Positions 1-7,847 of a DNA stretch of 61,919 nt are shown here, piece by piece. Under the pieces are notes generated by a model. It ran no database searches. It was given only the letters and a program-made list of their open reading frames with translations, and was not told where the DNA came from. The translations under genes and the position numbers were made by a program. Position 1 is the first letter of the stretch, and each line of letters opens with the position of its first letter. Source of the stretch: a virus (Duplodnaviria; Caudoviricetes); the IMG/VR virus record IMGVR_UViG_3300048574_000485, positions 1 through 61,919 of that record; one strand, written 5' to 3'.

Positions 1-198
1 CTAGCAGTGATCGATGAGCGCCAAGTTGCTGAGGTTCTTCAGCAGCACGGGGCGGCTGTCGTCCCTGAGCCCGACGATGGCGTCGGACCGCACCTCCAAA
101 ACTTCCACCCACCGCATCCGCATCGTTGCGCCGCGACGGGTTGGGTACGCGACCCTGCAGCCAGTGGTGATCTCTCGTCCGAGAATGTCTTTCGCCAT
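1..198 (-). CDS. small hypothetical protein (65 aa)
   Basis: ATG at 198 preceded by GAAGGA; MAKDILGREITTGCRVAYP start typical of small phage beta-barrel proteins. Confidence 0.6.
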   Translation of the reverse strand: MAKDILGREITTGCRVAYPTRRGATMRMRWVEVLEVRSDAIVGLRDDSRPVLLKNLSNLALIDHC

Positions 199-307
199 GT
201 CGATCCTTCGATGGCTAAACGTATTGGGGCTGCCAGGCCTATCTTGAATTCTCAGATTTTGTCCAAGATTCCAAGAAGTCTTTGCCACCAACAAGCCTCC
301 TATATAG

Positions 308-1117
308 TTAACGTATTTCGCACCCTCGACCTGTCATGGATTCCCAGATTGGTTTGTGGAAGTATGCGGAGCGGGCCAGCTCCTGCTTCTCTGCGATCTG
401 ACGGCAGTACTCCCCATCAATCTCGATCAGTGTGCAGCCGCGTTCGATGCGGCGGCAGACCCGCATCGTTGTGCCGGTGCCGCCAAACGGATCAAGGACA
501 GTCTCACCTTCCTCGGTGCTGAGCTTGATGCATCGTTCCACCAGCTCCTCATGAAGCTGCGTCGGGTGCCAGTCGCATTTCTGCTTGGAGTTGCCAGTGA
601 TTCGCGGGAAGTCGAACACGTCACCAAGTCCAGGGTACTGGTGATCAAACACGTCCCCTGGCACTCGGCCACGACGGTCAGCCCGCTTGTCACCATTCCG
701 TTGTCGCCAGCTCGGCACCCGGATCTGATCTGGGTGGAGCGGTGACTCAGGCCAGCGGAAACGCCAGAGGGGTCGGTGGTTGTTCCCCAAGTCACGGTGG
801 GAGTGTTGACCAAACGTGAAGACTTGCACGCATGGTTTGGTCTCCAGCCGGGGAAACTCTTCCTGCAACTCGCAGGCGATCCGGCCGACCTGACAGGTCC
901 ACCGTGCGTTGAACGAGAGCCAAGTGATCCCGGCCCGCTGCACAAACAAGTGCAAGCACTTGCTCAGCCACGCGATGTATTCCCGCTCGGGAAGACGATC
1001 ACGGTAACGACCATAGCCAAGCCCGATGTTGTCGGGGGGGTCAGCAAAGATGCAGGCCACCGGGGTCAGGCTTGCTAGCACATCCAGGCAGTCACCGTTA
1101 TACAGGCAGTACTTCAC
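308..1117 (-). CDS. N6-adenine/N4-cytosine DNA methyltransferase (beta class), atypical DPPD motif
   Basis: GDCLDVL start, IFADPPDN (motif IV), HPTQLHEEL, VLDPFGGTGTT (motif I), LIEIDGEYC. Confidence 0.85.
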   Translation of the reverse strand: MKYCLYNGDCLDVLASLTPVACIFADPPDNIGLGYGRYRDRLPEREYIAWLSKCLHLFVQRAGITWLSFNARWTCQVGRIACELQEEFPRLETKPCVQVFTFGQHSHRDLGNNHRPLWRFRWPESPLHPDQIRVPSWRQRNGDKRADRRGRVPGDVFDHQYPGLGDVFDFPRITGNSKQKCDWHPTQLHEELVERCIKLSTEEGETVLDPFGGTGTTMRVCRRIERGCTLIEIDGEYCRQIAEKQELARSAYFHKPIWESMTGRGCEIR

Positions 1118-1314
1118 CTAACCACCTCCTCAGGTAAGACTGCCCCGCCGTTGCGGCAGTGCCTGAGACCTTCCTCGGCCTCACTCGGAGTCGCAACCCA
1201 CCAGTGGTCGCAGAACAGCATGCGAGGAGCCGCCGCTCGCTCATCCTCGCGGAGAGCCTTTTCGTGGGCGGCACGGCCGTCGCCCAGCTCCATGTCGTCG
1301 TTGTACTCGTTCAT
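1114..1314 (-). CDS. small hypothetical protein (66 aa)
   Basis: GGAGG RBS before ATG; GTGA overlap with the MTase start. Confidence 0.55.
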   Translation of the reverse strand: MNEYNDDMELGDGRAAHEKALREDERAAAPRMLFCDHWWVATPSEAEEGLRHCRNGGAVLPEEVVR

Positions 1315-1333
1315 GATGTTCCCTCCGATTGAA

Positions 1334-1666
1334 TTAGCGTTGGTCGCCGCTGCCCTGGAGGGTGCCACGTTCCTTGCGAGACCACAGCTTGGCAAGGTTA
1401 TCAGCGGCGATCTCCGACAGGTCCAGGCCCAGGTCGGTGGCCAGGGAGGCCATATACCAGAGCACGTCCCCCAGCTCCTGACTGATCGCTTGACGAGTTG
1501 TCTCGGGCACGACGCCATTGTTGTCGCGGATGACCTTCTTGACCTTGTTGGCGACCTCGCCAGCCTCCCCGGCGAGGCCTAGAGCGGGATAGGTGACCCT
1601 GGCATGGGACGGGTAGATGGCGGTTTCTTTAGCGCGCGATTGATAATCAAGGAAAGCGAGAGACAT
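1334..1666 (-). CDS. mazG: MazG-like nucleotide pyrophosphohydrolase
   Basis: LGLAGEAGEVANKVKK...ELGDVLWY...NLAKL; AAAGGA RBS. Confidence 0.9.
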   Translation of the reverse strand: MSLAFLDYQSRAKETAIYPSHARVTYPALGLAGEAGEVANKVKKVIRDNNGVVPETTRQAISQELGDVLWYMASLATDLGLDLSEIAADNLAKLWSRKERGTLQGSGDQR

Positions 1667-1682
1667 CAGAGTCCTTTCTGAG

Positions 1683-1718
1683 AAAACGCTGCCACCCTGC
1701 TGGCACAGGGTGGCAGCG
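1683..1718 (-). terminator. intrinsic terminator after RNR
   Basis: 13-bp inverted repeat CGCTGCCACCCTG/CAGGGTGGCAGCG followed by TTTT on the minus strand. Confidence 0.7.
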
Positions 1719-1730
1719 ATACGAGGTGGG

Positions 1731-3677
1731 TTACTTGACCGGGCAGTGGCCACCGGCACATTCAAGGTTGTCCAGGTGGTCGATCTGCTGATGGTCCGTA
1801 ATCTGAGTGATGGGCCGGCTTTGCGAGCGGAGCTTGTGGTATTGCTCCTCGGTGATCTTCTCCAGGGGAGCTTGAGCGAAGCCGTGTCCCTCGCCGAGCA
1901 GAAACGCGCAGGTTTTGACGCTGCTCTCGTAGTTCTCTTGCAGCCATCGCCTGATGAGCGGCAGCTCTTCCGGCTTGTAGTAATGGGTGCAGCTGATCGA
2001 CTGGTCGGCCCAGTAGGTCTGGAGGAACTTCTGGGTCTCCAACTGATCGGTCACGGTGATCTGGTCCTCAGTCACCGCATTTGGCCCCATGTCGACCGGG
2101 AACTCCACGACCATGGTCTCCGCATCCTCGGAGCCATCGAGCCTGCGTTGCGGCTCGACGTGGTAGCCGTGCCGCCGGCAGACCTCAACCAGCGGATCAA
2201 TGCCGCTGAATCGGATCCGGCGAATCAGATACCGGGCGAATGCAGCATGCATGCCGGGAGTGACGCCGAAGGGCAACAGGCTTAGCGTGCCCGAGGGTTT
2301 CATGGTGGTCAGGCGTTTGGACCGGTTGCAGCCAATCGCCCTGCTATACCGCTCGTCAGCCGCCTCAAGAGCACGGTAGACCCGGTTGAGGATCGGGGCG
2401 CTGTGGAACCAAGCTGCCGCCATCCAGCCGGTCAGGCCGAGGCCGATGCGGCGGTTTTCCGCCACTGCCCGCTGGGTCTCTGAATCGCTGTACGGAGCAC
2501 AGGAGATCGCCTTGGCTGCCTGGTAGAGCAGCGTGGCCGTGCTGATCAACTCGTCCACGTCTGCGATGTTGGGCAGGATCAACTCGCCCAGGTTGCAGGG
2601 CTCTTTGTTCCAGAGGTTAGCCTCCCCGCAGGGGTTGACTCCGACGATCCCGTAGTCCGGTCGGTAATCAGGCCCATCCACCAGCCGTGCAAACCGGCGA
2701 CAGTTGCGGAGGTTGACCAGCCCGTAGGGCTCGCCATTGCCTTGATACCCCTGCCAGAAGTCGGGCCGCAGATCGTCGATTGAATCACAGACGACGCTGT
2801 TATTGGACATCACCCGCCAGTTGGGGATCGGGTGCGTCTTCCAGTTCTTCGCCTCCAGGAACAGCCGGTCGCCTGGATCGCCGAGGGCGATCTCGCTCGA
2901 CCGCCGCACGTTCCCGGCCACGACGACCGACCCGATGATGTTCATGATGTCCACGACATCAATGGGCCTGAGCTTCTGGCCAACCCGGCTCCGCAGGATG
3001 TTGCAGATCTGTTCGATCCCTCGCACCAGGGGCTCGGGGCCGGATGCCGTGCCGCCGAACCCTTCGATCCGCAGGCCTGCATCCCGTATGCAACGGGTGG
3101 AATAGGTGAAGGGCTTCCCGGTAACGAAGAATGCCCTGAGCACCCGCCGCAGCGTCTCGACCCAGCCCTCACGATTGTCAGGGATAATGAAGTCGCAGTC
3201 GTAGCTGCTGACTCGCTTGATCGTGGGGCGGTGCCGAACCGGCGGCAGTGCGTAGACATGCTCGGGTAGACAGCTGACCCCAACCCCGCCACCCAGCATC
3301 AGCTGGTTGAAGGTGAAGCAGAACGCCTCCAGGTCGTCAGCCGCGACGAACCAACAGTTGCAGAGACTGTCGGCTCCGACTCGCTGGACCGTGGAGGTCC
3401 CGAGCTGCCACAAGGCGCGGCCTGAAGCCAAGCCGCGCAGATTGAACATCAGATCGTACAAACGCTCTAGTTCCTGGTCGGTGAACAGGCCACCGATCTC
3501 GACGAGACCGTTCACGGCACGAGCACAGGTCTCTCCCCATTCCTCTGTTCGTCCCAATTCAGGGACCAGTCGGCTGTACGTGCGTTTGTAGGTCACGTAC
3601 CCGACCGGCCCCCAAGGTGGAGTCTTCCCTGCATACTCCCGCAGGAAAGACTCCGAAAGGCCGGTGCTATACCTCAT
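1731..3677 (-). CDS. nrdJ: class II (adenosylcobalamin-dependent) ribonucleotide reductase
   Basis: YKRTYSR, GRALWQLG, NCWF, GGGVG, GNVRRSSEI, NPCGE, TMKPSGT, C-terminal CAGGHCPVK; no beta subunit gene. Confidence 0.92.
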   Translation of the reverse strand: MRYSTGLSESFLREYAGKTPPWGPVGYVTYKRTYSRLVPELGRTEEWGETCARAVNGLVEIGGLFTDQELERLYDLMFNLRGLASGRALWQLGTSTVQRVGADSLCNCWFVAADDLEAFCFTFNQLMLGGGVGVSCLPEHVYALPPVRHRPTIKRVSSYDCDFIIPDNREGWVETLRRVLRAFFVTGKPFTYSTRCIRDAGLRIEGFGGTASGPEPLVRGIEQICNILRSRVGQKLRPIDVVDIMNIIGSVVVAGNVRRSSEIALGDPGDRLFLEAKNWKTHPIPNWRVMSNNSVVCDSIDDLRPDFWQGYQGNGEPYGLVNLRNCRRFARLVDGPDYRPDYGIVGVNPCGEANLWNKEPCNLGELILPNIADVDELISTATLLYQAAKAISCAPYSDSETQRAVAENRRIGLGLTGWMAAAWFHSAPILNRVYRALEAADERYSRAIGCNRSKRLTTMKPSGTLSLLPFGVTPGMHAAFARYLIRRIRFSGIDPLVEVCRRHGYHVEPQRRLDGSEDAETMVVEFPVDMGPNAVTEDQITVTDQLETQKFLQTYWADQSISCTHYYKPEELPLIRRWLQENYESSVKTCAFLLGEGHGFAQAPLEKITEEQYHKLRSQSRPITQITDHQQIDHLDNLECAGGHCPVK

Positions 3678-3838
3678 GCTGGAATCCGTTCCTCGCTGAG
3701 TCGCCGCTCGATCTCCGCAATGAGATGATGGCGAACGATGTCATCTGAAGTCAGTCGAACGGTGCCGACCGACAGGGCGACGGCGATCAAGCCGACCAGG
3801 GTCAAGGCTACGACCAGACAATGCGAAACGAGTAACAT
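3674..3838 (-). CDS. small membrane protein (54 aa)
   Basis: MLLVSHCLVVALTLVGLIAVALSVG hydrophobic stretch; overlaps both neighbours; AAGGAG RBS. Confidence 0.55.
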   Translation of the reverse strand: MLLVSHCLVVALTLVGLIAVALSVGTVRLTSDDIVRHHLIAEIERRLSEERIPA

Positions 3839-4080
3839 TAGGACTCCTTCTTGCTGTCGCCGGGGAGAGTTGCCGGGCGCAGGGAAAGGGAAATGACGGG
3901 GATCAAGTCGCCCTCTTGGACCTGATCAGTCGCCCCTTGATAGTCCAGGTTCAACTGGACCACCTCAGAGCCATGGGCATTGGCAGCCAATGCCAGCCCC
4001 TTGAAGACCTCGATCAACCGATCAGGCGTCAGCTCAGCCTTGGCTAATCGCTCTAGAGCCTCTGGGAGAACGCGAAACAT
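3838..4080 (-). CDS. hypothetical protein (80 aa)
   Basis: GAGGTG RBS before MFRVLPEAL; tight operon packing. Confidence 0.65.
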   Translation of the reverse strand: MFRVLPEALERLAKAELTPDRLIEVFKGLALAANAHGSEVVQLNLDYQGATDQVQEGDLIPVISLSLRPATLPGDSKKES

Positions 4081-4087
4081 GCTCACC

Positions 4088-5080
4088 TCATTGGGCACGG
4101 GTAACTTGATTGAACCAGTTGTCGAGGGAGGAACCGGTTGGCTGGAGACCGACGGCAACGTCCTCCAAAGTGCGACACAGCTCGTCGGATTCCTCCCGGC
4201 TGAGCTGGGCGAAAATGTGCCCGCTCGTGATGGTGTCCCAGCAGCTGGTGATGCGATCCAGCAGACTCCGCTGGTAGTCGCCTCGGACGCGTGCGCGATG
4301 GGTCGCCACCCGCAGGTACGGCAGGGGTTGGCCGGGCTTGGCGACGATCTCCTCGATGCCAAGCACCACGTTTTCATCCCCCGGCAGCTCCCCTTGTAGC
4401 CAGCCGTAGATGCTCAGCTGGTCGGCATATTCGCGACTGCAGCCTTCCAGGTAGCCTGCATTGATCGTCAGGCCCCGGTGGTCGTAGGCGAGGTAGTTGG
4501 AATGCTCCTTCCCATGGGACGGGCTCTGCCGGGCAGCCGTGTAGCCGTCGCGGCAGATCATATACCCCTTGGAGGGGCTGACGGGGTTCTTGGAACAGTA
4601 CCCCCGAACCTTCCAGTCGACGATGACGTGGATCCGCCCCTGGCCCAGGTCCAGGACAAACCGGCAGTCAGGCTTGCCGAGGAACGGTACCCGCCCGGCC
4701 AGCTTGCCTTCGACCGTGAACTCAAACCGGGGAGGCTCGACGGAGACAGCCAGGAAGTCGTACAGGCGCTGAAAGGCCCCCGAATGCTTGTAGCTGTCGA
4801 AGACGTACTGCCCGTTCTCCCTGGCCCAGTCGCGGTGAGGTACTTCCACCTGGGTGCAGAAGATCGTATCGAACTCAAACTGGGGGTCGGCCCTCTTGCC
4901 GAACAATTGCTCATGCAGAGCCGCCTTCACATAGGCATCGAATGCCGCGCCGATTGCCATCGGCTTCAGCTGCGGCAGTCGCGGTGCCCGGTGTTCCGCC
5001 AGATACTTGAGGTAGAACTCTTCGCGGTCCTTCTCCCAGAGTGCCAGTGAGGAATAGCTGAGGTGGTTAGGGATTCTCAT
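4088..5080 (-). CDS. PD-(D/E)XK exonuclease (RecB/Cas4-like)
   Basis: HLSYSSL, IGAAFD, FLGKPD...IVDWK, QLSIYGW. Confidence 0.8.
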   Translation of the reverse strand: MRIPNHLSYSSLALWEKDREEFYLKYLAEHRAPRLPQLKPMAIGAAFDAYVKAALHEQLFGKRADPQFEFDTIFCTQVEVPHRDWARENGQYVFDSYKHSGAFQRLYDFLAVSVEPPRFEFTVEGKLAGRVPFLGKPDCRFVLDLGQGRIHVIVDWKVRGYCSKNPVSPSKGYMICRDGYTAARQSPSHGKEHSNYLAYDHRGLTINAGYLEGCSREYADQLSIYGWLQGELPGDENVVLGIEEIVAKPGQPLPYLRVATHRARVRGDYQRSLLDRITSCWDTITSGHIFAQLSREESDELCRTLEDVAVGLQPTGSSLDNWFNQVTRAQ

Positions 5081-5233
5081 TCATCACCTTCATAACATTT
5101 GGGGCCTATCTCTCGCGGGCTTGCGCGGAATTCGTCTGGCATGCGACACTGGATGGACGGTCCCTGCGTGATGGCAACCGCTTACCGGATCGTTTTGCTC
5201 AGGGGGCCGCATGCCCGCAGTCCTGCCAGTCGA

Positions 5234-5335
5234 AGAGCGGGTGCCGTCCAACTTCTCGGAAACAAATCAGCCACCGTTCTTGTGCTTGTCAGGCTTGTAG
5301 GCCCCTGCCAGCTGCAGGAACTCTCGCCTAGCCAT
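5234..5335 (-). pseudogene. 5' remnant of ATP-dependent DNA ligase
   Basis: GGAGG RBS then MARREFLQLAGAYKPDKHKNGG*FVSEKLDGTR; KxDG motif intact, TGA at 5267-5269, rest of gene missing. Confidence 0.75.
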
Positions 5336-5684
5336 TGGACCTCCGGTTGTCATAGATCTCAGAACAGACGAAGTCGAATCGGCCAATATCAACGCCTGCA
5401 AAACGGTACGTTCGGTAGTACGGCTCCTTGCCATTCAGTTGAGGGAGCCCGTAGTAGACGACGAGGTCGCGTGTTTGATTCAAGACCTCAAGCTGCGAGG
5501 CTAGCTCTCTGCGATTGCCGCACATCGGCTCCGCCTCCAGGCGTTGTCGCGCCTTCCCACGTTCATCGTCGATCACCTCCAGCACCGCCGTGGTAGTCGG
5601 TGTCGCCAGAAACCTCGCGCGGAACCGCCAGTCCGGTGAGCTGTCGAGTGCGATAGTGACTTCAAATAGCGTTTGTGTCTTCAT
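5328..5684 (-). CDS. hypothetical protein (118 aa)
   Basis: ORF co-oriented with the operon. Confidence 0.55.
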   Translation of the reverse strand: MKTQTLFEVTIALDSSPDWRFRARFLATPTTTAVLEVIDDERGKARQRLEAEPMCGNRRELASQLEVLNQTRDLVVYYGLPQLNGKEPYYRTYRFAGVDIGRFDFVCSEIYDNRRSNG

Positions 5685-5867
5685 GCTGCCGTTGAGAGTG
5701 ATGATGGGCGACGGCCTCCCCTTCCGTCACCCCGAGATACAACTCGCCCGTTAGGCACGTCACCGAGGGGGCGGGAGTGGTGCAGCGAGTACTCCGACTC
5801 ACGCCTCACACCGCGAGATAGGCTTCACGGCTCAGCGTGTCGTCCATGTAAAGATCGATGTGACGAA

Positions 5868-6524
5868 TCAACGGGAAGCCTCCAGCTTGGCTTGCATACG
5901 CTGGTAAACGTCCATTCGGAGCCGGGCAACGGTCGCCAGTGGAATGCCCGTGCGATGCGAGGTTTCCCTGTCGGTTGCCCCTTCACTGCGTAGATTGACA
6001 ATGGTGCGTTCTTCAGGAGTCTTGCAGCACGACATGGTCAATTCGAGCATCTCGTACCTGCAATACGGATCATCCCCTGCAACATCGTGTTGAACGATGT
6101 CCAGCGATTCCAATGCCGGAGCGACCGTCGTGTCGCCACTGGCCTGTGCCTGCCGTAACACCCTTGCAGGCACAAGAGGAGATAGCTGCGAGTCGGCAAA
6201 CGCTTTGAGTGCGCGGTCGATGGCTTTCTTGAGGTAGCCAAGCGGCCTTGGGTCCGTAGTGCGGTCGTGGGTGGCAAGTCGATCCACTGCCGTGACCAGT
6301 GCGAGAAAACCCTCAGCCATCAAATCGTCGCGATAGCGTTCCGCACACGGTGAGCTGCTGAGCAAGGCATTCATCCGGCTCACCACGAGCGGCATATTGC
6401 CTTCAATCATCTCGTTGCGAGCCGATCGGTCGCCCAACATCAGACGTTCGTACAGCTCCAGGTTCTTCTTCAGCGTGAGGGTCTTAATACCTCTTGCTGC
6501 CGCTTGCTTGCTAATACAGTTCAT
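5868..6524 (-). CDS. sigma70-family RNA polymerase sigma-like factor
   Basis: region 2-like ARNEMIEGNMPLVVS...RDDLMAEGFLALVTAVDR; region 4-like EERTIVNLR...ETSHRTGIPLATVARL. Confidence 0.8.
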   Translation of the reverse strand: MNCISKQAAARGIKTLTLKKNLELYERLMLGDRSARNEMIEGNMPLVVSRMNALLSSSPCAERYRDDLMAEGFLALVTAVDRLATHDRTTDPRPLGYLKKAIDRALKAFADSQLSPLVPARVLRQAQASGDTTVAPALESLDIVQHDVAGDDPYCRYEMLELTMSCCKTPEERTIVNLRSEGATDRETSHRTGIPLATVARLRMDVYQRMQAKLEASR

Positions 6525-7048
6525 CCTTGAACTTTCACCTTGAGGTCAGAGGGATAAGAAACAATCCAGAGACAGTGGGTATAAAAGCCCCGAGTTTCTG
6601 CAGCAGCTCGGGTGTACTCGTACGCCGATCCATCGGGGTCGTAGATTTGTCCACGGTCGTATGCAACCGCGTGCCCGCTCTTGCGTCCGACTCCAGTAAT
6701 GACTCCTAATGAGGTGTGGATGAGGTTGGTGAATATGCTCCAGTTGGCCGGGTAGCTTGTCCGGCCTGAGCCTCCGTACAGCACTGGTTCGACGGCAGCC
6801 TCCTTGGTCGGATGCATGGCCGGGACCAGCTCCAGGGGCGTAACTGCCCAGCCCCGCCGCAACGCCACCAAGGTGAACTCATGCGGATGGAATCCGCGAC
6901 GGCGGGTTGGCTCGGGCAGGCCGGGCCAGAGCACCTGGCTCCCGTCGTGCCCGACGAGATTGCATAGCTCCCGCACCGGTATATCGAACGCCATCGCGAA
7001 CGACGTGAGGAGGCAGCTCCAGCGGTTTGGCTTGAGTTGCAGATGCAT
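6521..7048 (-). CDS. putative papain-fold (C39-like) cysteine peptidase, cytoplasmic
   Basis: LQLKPNRWSCLLTSFAM (Q...C), GHAVAYD...QIYDP (H, D). Confidence 0.55.
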   Translation of the reverse strand: MHLQLKPNRWSCLLTSFAMAFDIPVRELCNLVGHDGSQVLWPGLPEPTRRRGFHPHEFTLVALRRGWAVTPLELVPAMHPTKEAAVEPVLYGGSGRTSYPANWSIFTNLIHTSLGVITGVGRKSGHAVAYDRGQIYDPDGSAYEYTRAAAETRGFYTHCLWIVSYPSDLKVKVQG

Positions 7049-7091
7049 GCGCGCACCCTCAGCGCAGTCGACTCTAGGGGAGGTCCAACAA

Positions 7092-7487
7092 CTACGACTC
7101 CTCGCGGTCTAGCTCGTCCAGCAACTCGTCAATAGACGGGATCTGTCCCCATCCCGGTTTCCAGTAGGACCGCCAGTTCGGCGGTTGGAAGAGCTTGTCG
7201 TATTCGTCTTGAGTAGCAGCAATGAGGATCCAAATCCCAACACCGTAGGATTCCCAGAGAGGCCACTTGAGCCGCTGGGCCTTGGTGAAGGAGTACTTGT
7301 TCGGTTGCTTGACATCGATCCATCGATAGTTCCAGGTCGGGTGGTAGCAGTAGAGGTCTGGGAAGCCTGTCTGGTACAGGTTGCCGTGGGTGCGTTCGAC
7401 CAACCACTTTCGATCTCGCAGAAACTGCATGAGATCTTTCTGAACGTGCCACTCGGGGCCGTGTTGTGGCCGTCTTAGGTTTCCCAT
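7092..7487 (-). CDS. VRR-NUC-like PD-(D/E)XK nuclease / junction resolvase
   Basis: PEWHVQKDL...GFPDL...WIDVK; GGGAG RBS. Confidence 0.75.
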   Translation of the reverse strand: MGNLRRPQHGPEWHVQKDLMQFLRDRKWLVERTHGNLYQTGFPDLYCYHPTWNYRWIDVKQPNKYSFTKAQRLKWPLWESYGVGIWILIAATQDEYDKLFQPPNWRSYWKPGWGQIPSIDELLDELDREES

Positions 7488-7488
7488 G

Positions 7489-7836
7489 TCACTCCCAGAA
7501 GTGTCCGTTCCTCCAAATCGTGGTTGTGGAGGTGTACTCCATCCGCCTCGTAAAGATACCTCCCGTACGGGTCGCCACGACTCGGACGACTCGTACATCA
7601 GCGTCTTCAGCCCACGGCAGGAAAGTCTCGTCGGCGTCAGCAATCGCAGCCCGTCGTGCTGCGGTCTCGGCACTTCGCTGGTTGGCAATCGTTCGGACCC
7701 GTCGCCATCCGATGAGTAGACATCGTTGCCACTCGGTCTTCCACCGAAAGTCGGGTTCGTACGTGCTGAGGGGTTCCCATAGACCGGTGTGTGGGTCGCG
7801 TTGTTCCAGGCGGTAGACAATCGAAGACGAATCCAT
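7489..7836 (-). CDS. hypothetical protein (115 aa)
   Basis: AAAGGA RBS; fills the gap between PolA and the nuclease. Confidence 0.6.
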   Translation of the reverse strand: MDSSSIVYRLEQRDPHTGLWEPLSTYEPDFRWKTEWQRCLLIGWRRVRTIANQRSAETAARRAAIADADETFLPWAEDADVRVVRVVATRTGGIFTRRMEYTSTTTIWRNGHFWE

Positions 7837-7847
7837 TCGTATCCTTT

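Noticed and set aside
248-262. Additional copy of the TGAGAAT promoter
   Set aside because: Upstream box is present but there is no CCTACYTATC at the fixed spacing
1034-1040. G7 tract as a phase-variation switch in the MTase
   Set aside because: Short and explained by Asp-Pro-Pro codons
5267-5269. TGA reassigned to Trp (alternative genetic code)
   Set aside because: TGA ends many intact genes, including ATGA overlaps, and the ligase is truncated anyway
5685-5867. Another pseudogene in the gap after the sigma gene
   Set aside because: No RBS or recognisable motif
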